64,000 bases of DNA, from positions 147,169 to 211,168 of IMG/VR virus record IMGVR_UViG_3300023181_000025; one strand, 5' to 3'. The position numbers and the translations under genes are program-made. The stretch's first letter is position 1. Every line of letters starts with the position of its first letter. The notes under the pieces were generated by a model, which ran no database searches, had not been told where the DNA came from, and saw only the letters and a list, made by a program, of their open reading frames with translations. This document shows, in pieces, positions 1 to 9,666 of the stretch.

Positions 1-885
1 AAATTGGTTGATTTTGGTTATCGTGGAGTTACTACAGAAGAACAGGCTGGAATTGGCGGATTGGCCGTTTTGACATCCTTTATGGCCACGGATAATTTGG
101 CTGGTATTATTATGGGGATGGAATATTACGGGACACAAATGTGCGGTTTCTCTATTCCGGCTACAGAGCACAGTGTGATGGTGGCAAAGGGTCGCGAAGG
201 GGAGCTTGAACAATGCAAACGATTTCTGGACAAATATCCTAATGGATTAATCGCTTGTGTCTCGGATACTTATAATATTTTTGAATGTTGTAAAAATATC
301 TGGGGTGGCGAACTAAAGGATACTATTGAAAATCGGAACGGAACTTTAGTTGTTCGTCCTGATAGCGGTGATTTTTTTGTTGTAGTTCCAAAAATCCTAG
401 ATATTTTGGCGGAGAAATTTGGATTCTTCATCAATTCCAAAGGGTATAAAGTTCTTAGCGATAAAGTAAAGATTATTCAAGGTGACGGAATGGACCCAGA
501 AACAATTGATTTGCTTTTTGCTAAATTGGTAGAATTAGGTTGGAGTGCGGACAACCTTACCGTAGGGTCGGGAGGTGGACTTCTTATGGAAAATGTTACT
601 CGGGATACTCATAAATTTGCGATCAAGGCTTCTTGGGCGGAAATTGATGGTAAAGGGGTTAGTCTCTTTAAAGACCCGATCACGGATAATGGAAAAAGCA
701 GCAAAAAGGGCCGACTTAAACTTGTAAAACAACTTGCTTTGGATGGCGGCACACAATACATTACAGTTAATGACGCCCACCCTCTCTTTTATGATATGAA
801 GGATGAGCTTGTAGAAGTCTATCGAAACGGTCATTTGTTGGTTGACCAAACATTTGAAGAAATCAAGAATCGGGCTAATCAATGA
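1..885 (+). CDS. nadV: Nicotinamide phosphoribosyltransferase (NAMPT/NadV family), 5'-truncated by window edge
   Basis: Motifs DFGYRG, SIPATEHS, VSDTYN, VRPDSGD, IIQGDG, GSGGGLL, KDPITDxGKxSKKG. Confidence 0.93.
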   Translation, partial: KLVDFGYRGVTTEEQAGIGGLAVLTSFMATDNLAGIIMGMEYYGTQMCGFSIPATEHSVMVAKGREGELEQCKRFLDKYPNGLIACVSDTYNIFECCKNIWGGELKDTIENRNGTLVVRPDSGDFFVVVPKILDILAEKFGFFINSKGYKVLSDKVKIIQGDGMDPETIDLLFAKLVELGWSADNLTVGSGGGLLMENVTRDTHKFAIKASWAEIDGKGVSLFKDPITDNGKSSKKGRLKLVKQLALDGGTQYITVNDAHPLFYDMKDELVEVYRNGHLLVDQTFEEIKNRANQ

Positions 886-1031
886 ATCAATACACCAAGA
901 CATTCATACTAGCAGTAGTTTTCTCCATATTGGCGGCAGTGTGCGCGATACTTGCATTTTTTCCTCTAGTCTTTACTTTTATTTTCTTGACAGTTCTTAC
1001 TTTATTTCTTGGTCCCCTTATGTTTGATTAA
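882..1031 (+). CDS. Small membrane protein (49 aa)
   Basis: ATG overlaps nadV stop; long hydrophobic stretch; not in ORF track. Confidence 0.55.
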   Translation: MNQYTKTFILAVVFSILAAVCAILAFFPLVFTFIFLTVLTLFLGPLMFD

Positions 1032-1045
1032 ATATAAATATTAAT

Positions 1046-1261
1046 ATGACAGATTTACAAATCCTTGCGGTAAAGAGAATAAGAAGCCTAGCTGAGGGAA
1101 TGGATATTCCAATGGCATCTATTGGGTATGCCGCGAAAAATTGGACGGAAGAAATGATTAAGGAGCACGACGAAAAAGCTTCCCCAAAATGGTTAGAGAA
1201 CGATAAGGCGCAAAGGGAAATCATTGAATGGGCAATGGCATTATTGAAAGAATTAAAATAA
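1046..1261 (+). CDS. Hypothetical protein
   Basis: ORF tiling, AT-rich leader. Confidence 0.7.
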   Translation: MTDLQILAVKRIRSLAEGMDIPMASIGYAAKNWTEEMIKEHDEKASPKWLENDKAQREIIEWAMALLKELK

Positions 1262-1270
1262 ATTATTTAT

Positions 1271-1489
1271 ATGAAAATTAAGACTATCACAAGCCAACAT
1301 AGGCGCGATTTTAAAGCAATTCTAGAGTGCGAGCATTGCGGAAAAGAAGAGAGTCTCAACACTGGATACGATGATGCTAATTATCACCAGAATGTTATTC
1401 CTTCCTTTAAATGCCCAAGTTGCGGGAAATCAGCGCCGGAAGAATATAGGCCACTTACTACTAAATATAAGGAAGGGTTCGTTATTTAA
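1271..1489 (+). CDS. Zinc-ribbon protein
   Basis: CEHCG...CPSCG. Confidence 0.75.
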   Translation: MKIKTITSQHRRDFKAILECEHCGKEESLNTGYDDANYHQNVIPSFKCPSCGKSAPEEYRPLTTKYKEGFVI

Positions 1490-1490
1490 T

Positions 1491-2279
1491 ATGAAGAGGA
1501 CTGAGCTAATTTTTGGGTCAACTGCATTGAAATTTCATTTCCCTGACCTTCCGAGGGAGCCGCATGATTTGGATGTTATTTCCAAGTCCGGAAAGATGGA
1601 ACAAAAGGAACAGCACTATTGGGTTGATTCATTTCAATATATATTAGATAATAATAAGGACGATATATATATTGACCCCAATTTACTTTTGAGCTGCAAA
1701 CTCTCGCATCTCGGATGGAATGTCCACTGGTCAAAAACCCTTAATGATGTGCTTTTTCTAAAGAAAAAGGGGTGCAAAGTAGTTCCCGAATTATATAAAT
1801 TACTCGTTAAAGATTGGACAAAGGTTCACGGGAAAGCATGGGCGTCACTCGAAAATAAAGATGCCGGGAAATTCTTTAAAGATGCCGTCAAACGTAAATA
1901 TGTTCATGACGATTTGCATGAAGTGGTTTCAGTGTATGAAGAGCCGCTATATTTTCGCATCCTTAAAGAGGATGGAAAGGTTGGATGCTCAGAAGAAAAA
2001 TTCAACCAACTTTCCCACGAAGACAAAATTTTGCTGGTTAAAGAAGAGGTTTGGGTGACGGCATTAGAGCGTTATTTGATTCCTAACAATTTTAAATGCA
2101 GCAAGAATCTTGCATATTTCGAATCATTAAAAAAATTATCAACTACTATGGCAAGCGGTTGGTTTAAGTTTTTTATTCTTGACAACATTGACCAACTTTA
2201 CATCAGCAGGGATTACGCATACATTGACAAATTTAAACAAGCAGAAAAATTAGGAAAAATTAGACTAGAAAATAACTAA
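1491..2279 (+). CDS. Phage protein with N-terminal nucleotidyltransferase-like (Pol beta) motif
   Basis: IFGSTAL...HDLDVI (GS...DxD); start reassigned to ATG 1491. Confidence 0.6.
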   Translation: MKRTELIFGSTALKFHFPDLPREPHDLDVISKSGKMEQKEQHYWVDSFQYILDNNKDDIYIDPNLLLSCKLSHLGWNVHWSKTLNDVLFLKKKGCKVVPELYKLLVKDWTKVHGKAWASLENKDAGKFFKDAVKRKYVHDDLHEVVSVYEEPLYFRILKEDGKVGCSEEKFNQLSHEDKILLVKEEVWVTALERYLIPNNFKCSKNLAYFESLKKLSTTMASGWFKFFILDNIDQLYISRDYAYIDKFKQAEKLGKIRLENN

Positions 2280-2280
2280 T

Positions 2281-2676
2281 ATGGAAGAAGATAAAGTATA
2301 TAATGTAGAGGAAGTTCTTAAAAATTTTGATGGGTCCGAAGAGTCTCTTATTGATCTTTTCGCCGCCCTTAAAGAGCGTGATGAAGAAGAGGAATTTGAT
2401 AATAGCGAAGCTACAAGTGAACTCGAAGATGAGTTAATTGGAGAGGGCGGCTTTGAAATTAATGAAAATTGGTCTATTGAATTCGTAGATACTTCCGACC
2501 TTCATGAACTAGAGGAATGCTATTTGGTGTTTTCGGTAAAGAAGGACGGCGAAGTTCAGTCTAATTGGATGGTTAACGGTTTTCATTGTAGCCAAGAAGG
2601 CATGCAGCTTGAATTTGATAGTTTCTATGAGGTGGAAAAGGTCAGAAAAAATATTTGGGTTTGGGAGGAAAAATAA
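2281..2676 (+). CDS. Acidic hypothetical protein, tandem family E member 1
   Basis: YLVFSV...W.VNGFHCSQEG.QLE..V.....WE, shared with next three ORFs. Confidence 0.75.
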   Translation: MEEDKVYNVEEVLKNFDGSEESLIDLFAALKERDEEEEFDNSEATSELEDELIGEGGFEINENWSIEFVDTSDLHELEECYLVFSVKKDGEVQSNWMVNGFHCSQEGMQLEFDSFYEVEKVRKNIWVWEEK

Positions 2677-2680
2677 AAAT

Positions 2681-3100
2681 ATGGAAGAATATACAAAACT
2701 ACTGGAAGATTTCTCTGGAGAGGAATCACAAATCAAAGCGCTACTTCGTTATTATGTGAATGAGGAAGAATACGACCCTAATAAATTAGATATTAAAGAA
2801 TTTATTAGTGACCGTTTAATGTCAAAGATCCGCTGGGATGGGGAAAAGTGCGTTCCTCGCGATAATATTTTCAAAATTAACGAAAGCTGGCAGATTCGCG
2901 GAGAAGCTGAGTATGGCGGTGAGGGAATGGGCGACGAATATTGGCGTGTTTTCTCGGTTGAGAAAGATGGCGAAACACAATCTTATTGGAAGGTGCCCGG
3001 CTGGTATCAATCTTATAACGGCGGCGAACTTGAATACAGTGAAGTTTTCAAAGTTAAACCTGTCCAAGTAACAATCACAAAATGGGAAAACGATAAATAA
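2681..3100 (+). CDS. Hypothetical protein, tandem family E member 2
   Basis: YGGEGMGDEYW...YWKVPGWYQSYNGGELE. Confidence 0.8.
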   Translation: MEEYTKLLEDFSGEESQIKALLRYYVNEEEYDPNKLDIKEFISDRLMSKIRWDGEKCVPRDNIFKINESWQIRGEAEYGGEGMGDEYWRVFSVEKDGETQSYWKVPGWYQSYNGGELEYSEVFKVKPVQVTITKWENDK

Positions 3101-3118
3101 AATCAAAAATATTAGTAT

Positions 3119-3559
3119 ATGAAATTCAATAATAAAATAGTTAAAAAGGATGTGGAAGTTAATGTTGAGCAAGAATTTAATGATCTTGCCGAAGCGTTCA
3201 AACCAGACAGGCAAGGCGTTAGGGACATTATTAATTTTTTAGCGAAGCATGATAGTCCTGATTACGGTTTGTTGAACGAATGGGCTAGTGAGGAATCCGA
3301 CACTCCTCTTAAAATTACGGAAGAATACTCTTTCGAATTCGAGCAAAAAGAAGGCGGTTACGAGGGTGGCGGAGAAGAGTATTGGGTAGTAATTAAGTTG
3401 GTTAAAAACGGAGAAACCCATTCATATTGGAAAATTCCGGGATGGTATCAGTCTTACGATGGCGGAGAATTGGAATGGAGCGACACCTACCGAGTTTACC
3501 CATACACTAAACTTGTAACGGATTGGTCAACTGATCCAAATGTAAAAAATCACGTATGA
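3119..3559 (+). CDS. Hypothetical protein, tandem family E member 3
   Basis: GGYEGGGEEYW...YWKIPGWYQSYDGGELE. Confidence 0.8.
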   Translation: MKFNNKIVKKDVEVNVEQEFNDLAEAFKPDRQGVRDIINFLAKHDSPDYGLLNEWASEESDTPLKITEEYSFEFEQKEGGYEGGGEEYWVVIKLVKNGETHSYWKIPGWYQSYDGGELEWSDTYRVYPYTKLVTDWSTDPNVKNHV

Positions 3560-3993
3560 ATAAAAAAGATTTAATTCTAGAAAGGAAAGCGGAGGTTTCG
3601 CGTCTTTGCAAGGAGATTGACGATTTGCATCTTGAGCTCGCTAAGGAGAACTGTAAATCTTTCCCTGAAACATCCGAACAATATAGCGTTTTTTATAATT
3701 CGCTTTTAAAGATTGACGCAGGGTGCTTTCATGTATTTGATCATGTAGAATGTGGAGGAACGGGATATTTATATGATGATTACGAAATTTCTTACATAGA
3801 CAAGGGAACGTTTGAGCGCGAATATGGTTCGGATGGTCTATATTTAGTATTTGAATTAAAGAAGGCCGGAAAATCTAAATATTTTAAAATTAAAGGCTGG
3901 TCTTCAAGCCTCAGCGATGACAAATACATTTGGGAGTCCGCAGAGCCCGTAAAGCCAATTACAAAAACAGTTTATATTTATGAAAACGATTGA
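3556..3993 (+). CDS. Hypothetical protein, tandem family E member 4
   Basis: YLVFEL...YFKIKGWSSS...VKP...YE. Confidence 0.7.
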   Translation: MNKKDLILERKAEVSRLCKEIDDLHLELAKENCKSFPETSEQYSVFYNSLLKIDAGCFHVFDHVECGGTGYLYDDYEISYIDKGTFEREYGSDGLYLVFELKKAGKSKYFKIKGWSSSLSDDKYIWESAEPVKPITKTVYIYEND

Positions 3994-4240
3994 AGAATTA
4001 AAAGTAATACAAAACGGAAAAATTTTATTTAGCGCGAGTTTTTGTGCACCTTGCCGAGGCATAATTGCGCACATTGGGCATAAAAATATTACGGATATTG
4101 AGGTATTTAAAGTTGACGATCATATCTCAGAAGTAAAAGAAATTTGGGGGATTAAGACAGTTCCAACTTTAATTGTTGTTGACAATGGAGTGCAAGTAGC
4201 TAAATTTGTAGGAGAACTAGAAGTTAAACAAAATCTATGA
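3980..4240 (+). CDS. Thioredoxin-like protein
   Basis: FSASFCAPC (CxxC) and GIKTVPTL cis-Pro motif. Confidence 0.85.
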   Translation: MKTIEELKVIQNGKILFSASFCAPCRGIIAHIGHKNITDIEVFKVDDHISEVKEIWGIKTVPTLIVVDNGVQVAKFVGELEVKQNL

Positions 4241-4416
4241 AAAAAACAGAACAAAACCCCGGCCCAGACAAAAAAGTTTCTTCAAAAGACCTAATTGAGC
4301 ATATTGCTTCGCTTTGTCCATCAACGGAACATGAGGAAAAGGTGGCCCAATTTAAAATGATGGCGCTTGACATTGTTTTGGATGTTATAAATTGGATCAA
4401 GAAGAACGAAAAGTGA
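4237..4416 (+). CDS. Hypothetical protein (59 aa)
   Basis: ATGA and GTGA overlaps with both neighbours; not in ORF track. Confidence 0.6.
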   Translation: MKKTEQNPGPDKKVSSKDLIEHIASLCPSTEHEEKVAQFKMMALDIVLDVINWIKKNEK

Positions 4417-5081
4417 ATAAAATCATTCACCAAAGCTATAAAACGGATGATTTAAATGGAACACCCTTCCGTTCGATTTGGAAGGAGAGCTGGCTAAAAG
4501 AAAATCCAACTTGGGAGCGCCGGTTTTGGAGCGACGAAGATACAGAATCTTTCATTGCGGAAGAATATCCAGAATTTTACAGAGACGTATGGTTGGAGTA
4601 TGACGTGAATATTAAGAAGTGGGACAGCGCGAGAACTCTTATTCTTAAGAGGATAGGGGGCGTTTATGCAGATATGGATTTTGCCTGCCTTAAACCATTG
4701 GATGATTTAGTTAAAAATTTAGGGAACAAATTTCTCATTACAACAGAAGGGGATATAGGTAACCCTCAGACCTTGGGAAATTCATTCATGGCGTGTGAGC
4801 CTAATTGCCCATTTTTAGACACTATTGAAGAAGACTTTAAAAAGGCGCGCTTCAAGCATGTGCTTAGTTCATCGGCATGTGGTTTTATGACAAAAAGGGC
4901 TAAAGAAACAGGCCGGGGAAATCAAATCTATTCCCCTAAGTCAGAATGGATTTTCCCCCTTTGGTGGCAAGATCCGCGCAAACCAAAATATTTCAACATG
5001 CCTCTTGAGGAAATTAAAAAAGATTTCCCAGAGAGTTTTGCGATTTCATTTTTTACAGGGTCATGGTTAAACCAGTATTGA
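4413..5081 (+). CDS. Glycosyltransferase, GT32/OCH1-like (DxD sugar-binding)
   Basis: KIIHQSYK, GGVYADMDF.CLKPLD, NSFMA..P. Confidence 0.88.
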   Translation: MNKIIHQSYKTDDLNGTPFRSIWKESWLKENPTWERRFWSDEDTESFIAEEYPEFYRDVWLEYDVNIKKWDSARTLILKRIGGVYADMDFACLKPLDDLVKNLGNKFLITTEGDIGNPQTLGNSFMACEPNCPFLDTIEEDFKKARFKHVLSSSACGFMTKRAKETGRGNQIYSPKSEWIFPLWWQDPRKPKYFNMPLEEIKKDFPESFAISFFTGSWLNQY

Positions 5082-5108
5082 GGGGTAGGGATTTAAAATA
5101 AAAAATAT

Positions 5109-5342
5109 ATGAAAGCAAAATGTAACTTAATTTTTGATGTAGTCCAAATAAATAATGAAAATGACATTGATTTGTTCTTGACGGAATACTACGATAACGA
5201 TACAAATATAACCATAAACAAAGGAATGGTAAAAATCGGGCAACTGAATTTGGAATTTACAGATTGGATTGTAATTTCAGAAGAGGGAAACTTTTTAGTT
5301 TTGTCTGACGAAGAATTCCATAATAACTATACACTACAATAA
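5109..5342 (+). CDS. Hypothetical protein (PGDYG-like motif)
   Basis: DWIV....G.F......F...Y, similar to ORF 15287. Confidence 0.6.
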   Translation: MKAKCNLIFDVVQINNENDIDLFLTEYYDNDTNITINKGMVKIGQLNLEFTDWIVISEEGNFLVLSDEEFHNNYTLQ

Positions 5343-5343
5343 T

Positions 5344-5562
5344 ATGATTAATCCATCATTGGTAAAAATTGAATTGATCGGCGGTCTTCATGACGGAACG
5401 ATCATTCAAAGGGAAAATCCTTTAGAAAAAATTAAATTTGAAGGGGTTGAATATAAAGATTCATTTAAGTTTACCAACGAAGGAAACGCTTTATATTATT
5501 GCTCTAAGGGTGAAGGAAGTTTGAAAAAGTCCTTTTTCGAGGATAAAAATAATAATGGATAA
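5344..5562 (+). CDS. Hypothetical protein
   Basis: LIGGLHDG motif; tiling. Confidence 0.65.
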   Translation: MINPSLVKIELIGGLHDGTIIQRENPLEKIKFEGVEYKDSFKFTNEGNALYYCSKGEGSLKKSFFEDKNNNG

Positions 5563-6799
5563 TTTAAATAAAAAACAACGGGCCGCGATTAATTTAATTA
5601 AGCTTGGCAGTAATGTATTGGTAACGGGGGCGGCAGGTGTAGGCAAGTCTTATTTGGTAAGTGAAATTATTGGAGAATTTACAGATTTTCATATTACTTC
5701 CTCTACAGGAATTTCTGCCGTAAATATTGGAGGTCGCACAATTCACAGTTGGGCAGGAATAGGAATTGCTATCGGGACAAAAGAACAAATTTATAATGAA
5801 CTTTCTAAAAGAAAGCATGTTGTTCTAAAGATTAGAAAAGCTAAACGTCTTATTCTAGACGAAATATCAATGATAGACGCAGATCTACTAGATAAAATCG
5901 AATATGTTTTAAGGCGTATCAAGGGAAATCATAAGCCATTCGGTGGAATTCAAATGGTATTTTTTGGGGACTACTTGCAGCTTCCGCCCGTTAGCAGAGA
6001 GGGAGAAGAAGAAAAAAGATTCTCTTTTGAAGCGGAGTCTTTTAATAATAGCAATGTGAAAATTATTGAGTTGACGGAAGTTATTCGTCAAAGTGATGAG
6101 AGTTTTATTAAAGCTCTTCATAAAATTCGAATGGGGAATGTTGACCAACCAACTAAAGATCTATTTAATAGTAGGCTCGGGAAAAAGCCATCCAAAGATA
6201 TTTTGGCAACTCATTTAATGACTCATAATTATATGGTCGATAGGGTAAACGATAAAAAGCTTGCGGCAATTAATCTTCCAAGCAAAAACTTCAAATGGTC
6301 TAAGGGAGGGGCGGATGCGGCGCTAAATATGCTGGAGAAAAGCTGCCCAGCCCTAGAAACTCTTGAACTAAAAATTGGGGCGCAGGTTATATGCTTAAAA
6401 AACATTGATCCCGCCAAAGAAATTGCAAATGGTAGCGTTGGGAAAGTAACTGGATGGTCTGCGGACGGGCCAATTGTTAAATTTAATAATGGAGAAGAGA
6501 TTTCAATTAAAAAAGCTCTTTGGGAAATTAAAGAATTTAAAGGCGACAAGCAGGTTGTGACTGCATGGATTGAGCAATTCCCTCTTAAGTTAGGATGGGC
6601 CTCAAGTATTCACAAAGCGCAAGGCCAAACAATCGACCATGCAGTAATTAACCTAAAGAGTTGCTTTGAATGTGGTCAGGCTTATGTCGGACTATCTCGA
6701 ATTAAAAATCTTAATGGAATATATTTGGAAGATATTGACTGGGACAAAGTTATCGCTCACCCAAAAGCTGTGGAATTTTACGAGAATCTTAATAAGTAA
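5555..6799 (+). CDS. Pif1/RecD-like SF1B DNA helicase
   Basis: GAAGVGKS, LILDEISM, PFGGIQ..FGDYLQLPPV, QFPLKLGWASSIHKAQG, GQAYVGLSR. Confidence 0.95.
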   Translation: MDNLNKKQRAAINLIKLGSNVLVTGAAGVGKSYLVSEIIGEFTDFHITSSTGISAVNIGGRTIHSWAGIGIAIGTKEQIYNELSKRKHVVLKIRKAKRLILDEISMIDADLLDKIEYVLRRIKGNHKPFGGIQMVFFGDYLQLPPVSREGEEEKRFSFEAESFNNSNVKIIELTEVIRQSDESFIKALHKIRMGNVDQPTKDLFNSRLGKKPSKDILATHLMTHNYMVDRVNDKKLAAINLPSKNFKWSKGGADAALNMLEKSCPALETLELKIGAQVICLKNIDPAKEIANGSVGKVTGWSADGPIVKFNNGEEISIKKALWEIKEFKGDKQVVTAWIEQFPLKLGWASSIHKAQGQTIDHAVINLKSCFECGQAYVGLSRIKNLNGIYLEDIDWDKVIAHPKAVEFYENLNK

Positions 6800-6804
6800 T
6801 TTCA

Positions 6805-7089
6805 ATGATAAAAACTGTATCAATTTTAATTGGAAATTCAGACGACAAACTAAGCCAACAAGAATGGCACGAGTTTGTTAATACTGCCAAACTTATTGTT
6901 CTAGCTCATTCAAAATCTGTTTACTTCGAAGGGGGATCAAATAATGAAAGTAAGTTTCAGAATTTTTGCTTTGTAGCTTCACTCGAAAATGATAGGGTAT
7001 ATTCAATTAAAAATCTTTTTAGATCTTTGGCTGATAAGTATAAGCAAGACTCTATCGCTTGGGTTGAGGGCGAAACTGAATTTATTTAA
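6805..7089 (+). CDS. Hypothetical protein
   Basis: IGNSDDKLSQQEW; tiling. Confidence 0.7.
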   Translation: MIKTVSILIGNSDDKLSQQEWHEFVNTAKLIVLAHSKSVYFEGGSNNESKFQNFCFVASLENDRVYSIKNLFRSLADKYKQDSIAWVEGETEFI

Positions 7090-7420
7090 AGCTACTTAAT
7101 AATTCTAAAACGGCGGGTAAATAAACATTTTCCACACCCCTTACGAAACCCTCTTCTGTGTCCCCTTCGCTTTTGAAAACGGAAAAATCAAATCCGCAAA
7201 TTCTAATGGCGGCATGAAACAACTCATGCAATAAGGTGTCCCGTAATAATGCGGGATTTACGAGACAATTTGTGCTTATCTCAATTATTCTATCGTCAAA
7301 GCGCAAATAGCCCCATGCTTCGTCAGTTTCGATATAATTTATTTGAAAAGTATGCCCGGCGATGGTTACTTTATCAATTTTTATGGTTGACTGGGCGGGA
7401 ATATCCATTATTATCTCCAT
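7082..7420 (-). CDS. HExxH zinc metallopeptidase-like protein
   Basis: DTLLHELFHA plus downstream EE; fills gap between + genes; start may be 7408. Confidence 0.75.
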   Translation of the reverse strand: MEIIMDIPAQSTIKIDKVTIAGHTFQINYIETDEAWGYLRFDDRIIEISTNCLVNPALLRDTLLHELFHAAIRICGFDFSVFKSEGDTEEGFVRGVENVYLPAVLELLSSFK

Positions 7421-7422
7421 AG

Positions 7423-7890
7423 ATGATTACACCAAATCAGAAAGAACCTGTATGGCTAAAGTCCAGAGGAAGGATTAAAGTAGACAAAAATGAAGGCCGA
7501 ATTGTTTTGGAAATTTCAAATGATTTTTGTAATTATTATAACTGGCTTATTCAAAGGCATTTCTGGAAAGTCTTCTCTATTTCGCGATTCGGAGCGCATG
7601 TGTCCCTAGGGCTGCAAAAACTTCACCCTCATATGTCATTTATCGGGGCGCAAAAATACGCAGGCAAAGTAGTTGAATTTGAGTATAACCCACACATTGA
7701 AATTGGCGGAGGTTCTAAGGATTTTACTAGTTTTTGGATGAAAGTAAGAAGTCCAGAGCTGAAAGAAATTAAAAGAAATTTAGGAATTATTGATGGTGAC
7801 AAATTTATGGGATTACATGTTACATTAAGCAGTTCAAAAAAACAACCCAAAGGGGTTAAGTTTCAACCAAAAATGATTGAAGTTCGATGA
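7423..7890 (+). CDS. 2H phosphoesterase-fold protein
   Basis: Two Hx[ST] motifs, AHVSL and LHVTL, about 73 aa apart. Confidence 0.65.
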   Translation: MITPNQKEPVWLKSRGRIKVDKNEGRIVLEISNDFCNYYNWLIQRHFWKVFSISRFGAHVSLGLQKLHPHMSFIGAQKYAGKVVEFEYNPHIEIGGGSKDFTSFWMKVRSPELKEIKRNLGIIDGDKFMGLHVTLSSSKKQPKGVKFQPKMIEVR

Positions 7891-8510
7891 AAATTATCAG
7901 CAAATTTAAAGATTTTTATGATTCTGCCGGGGAAATTGACTATTCATTTAATTGGATAAGAGGGGAGCCGGTAGAAAGCCCAAACTGTGTCCATGTAGGT
8001 TACGGGCTAAGGGATTCTGACCGTTTTTCGCATCATCAGGCCCGCAAATCAATTGTATGTTTTTGTGGGAAAATGTATCCATTTCTTACAGCCCTCTCGG
8101 AATATGGAGATCCAATTGAATACATTTACGATAAAGAAAAAATTGCGGCGTGCCTAGAAGAAGAAAATAAAAAGATGAAATTTCTTCGGTGGGACAGTAA
8201 GGGCGAGCCACAAAGGTTCACTGGTCTATATGGCAAAGATTGTATTAATATTAATATGGAATTTAAAACGCCAATTGTATTGTTGGAACAAAAAGTTCTT
8301 ACCGTCAACCCAAACTTAAGTCTAATTAATTTTGGCAAAGCTGTTGGACCATACGATGCCCGCCAACGAATTGAGCAATTTCTTAGAAATGATTTGGCGT
8401 GCGAAAATAAAATACTTGAAACCCCTTCAGATAAAGTTAAGATTCAGGCTCACGGATTTGACCAAAAAACTTCTTTTAGAAAAGATACACCTCCCACACG
8501 AAAACAATGA
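7887..8510 (+). CDS. Hypothetical phage protein
   Basis: ATGA overlap; MKIISKFKDFYD...AHGFD.KTSFR. Confidence 0.75.
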   Translation: MKIISKFKDFYDSAGEIDYSFNWIRGEPVESPNCVHVGYGLRDSDRFSHHQARKSIVCFCGKMYPFLTALSEYGDPIEYIYDKEKIAACLEEENKKMKFLRWDSKGEPQRFTGLYGKDCININMEFKTPIVLLEQKVLTVNPNLSLINFGKAVGPYDARQRIEQFLRNDLACENKILETPSDKVKIQAHGFDQKTSFRKDTPPTRKQ

Positions 8511-8618
8511 AATTTGAAATTGAATTAAAACAAGTTGCGCTTTGCGAATGTGGGACTTGGGAAGCGCATGAGACGACTCGAAAGATTTGGAGGTTGGGGG
8601 TATTGCCAAAATAAAAAA

Positions 8619-8861
8619 ATGAGATTCTTATACACATCAATAATTTGTTTTCTTTTTATCGTATCATGTAATACTAAGGAATCCCCACGGGCCGCAACAA
8701 AAAGATATATTCCCGGTGATAAGCAGGATGAGGCCGCCGCGCTGGTCGCAAAATTAGTTGAATCAATGAAAGATAAAGGGTATAATCCTAATGTAATTAT
8801 GGATTCCGCAAAAGATCAGGTATACGATATTTACAGTGTTCCCGTCGAATTAAAAAAATAA
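8619..8861 (+). CDS. Putative lipoprotein
   Basis: Signal peptide ending IVSC. Confidence 0.6.
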   Translation: MRFLYTSIICFLFIVSCNTKESPRAATKRYIPGDKQDEAAALVAKLVESMKDKGYNPNVIMDSAKDQVYDIYSVPVELKK

Positions 8862-8862
8862 T

Positions 8863-9063
8863 ATGACTGATTTCGCGGGTAATGAAATATTAGTAAATTG
8901 TAAAGTTGTCTTTTTGAGTAATGACAAAAAGCCTAAATTTGAAAAGGGGGAGGTGATTGGGTTTGCGGGACAATATGTTATTGTTAGTTATATTCCTAAC
9001 GGCTTGACAGGTCGATATGAAATCAAAAAACCGCCGCAATCAATTGTGGTATTTGAAAAATGA
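8863..9063 (+). CDS. Hypothetical protein (SH3/KOW-like)
   Basis: D..GNEI....KVVF...GEVIGF. Confidence 0.65.
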   Translation: MTDFAGNEILVNCKVVFLSNDKKPKFEKGEVIGFAGQYVIVSYIPNGLTGRYEIKKPPQSIVVFEK

Positions 9064-9407
9064 ACTGGGCTTTAGAATTTAACAATCAGGCTCAATGTGT
9101 TGTCTCGGATATTAAATCGCACCCATTGAAAAAGAAAATTTGGGGGTATTTGACCAATGACTTTTCCAACGTTATAAAACAATTTAATATTTCCTTTAGC
9201 CAAACCAATTATTTGGAGTCAAAGGAATTTATTAAAATTGCTTCGGATATTTTTCGAGAACCTTTTGATAGAGTAAAGTTTAATGATTTGTTTAAAAATC
9301 ATTTTTTAAAATATAATACTTTTGAAGACGGCATATATAATCCATCTTTTGGCGAATACACAGAAAGAAAAGTCAAGTTGTTATTGGGGATTTATTGGAA
9401 TATTTAA
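9060..9407 (+). CDS. Hypothetical protein
   Basis: ATGA overlap. Confidence 0.6.
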   Translation: MNWALEFNNQAQCVVSDIKSHPLKKKIWGYLTNDFSNVIKQFNISFSQTNYLESKEFIKIASDIFREPFDRVKFNDLFKNHFLKYNTFEDGIYNPSFGEYTERKVKLLLGIYWNI

Positions 9408-9408
9408 A

Positions 9409-9666
9409 ATGCAAAACAAAACTATTTTAGTTATGGGTGAGAAGGTTTTCTTCTCTCCAGATTGCGCATCTTGCATTGCAAAGGTCATGGTAAATAGCCA
9501 TAAGAAGGGCATCAAAATTGCGCAGTATTTGTTCACAGAAGGCTTGATACCGGAGCATAAATATGTTCAAGTCTTTTCTAAGAATCTCAGAAATGGATCA
9601 GTAATAAAAAGACACTATTTTGGAAATGAAAGCGACACGAAAGACGGAAATTACAATAGAAATTGA
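9409..9666 (+). CDS. Hypothetical protein
   Basis: Tiling. Confidence 0.55.
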   Translation: MQNKTILVMGEKVFFSPDCASCIAKVMVNSHKKGIKIAQYLFTEGLIPEHKYVQVFSKNLRNGSVIKRHYFGNESDTKDGNYNRN

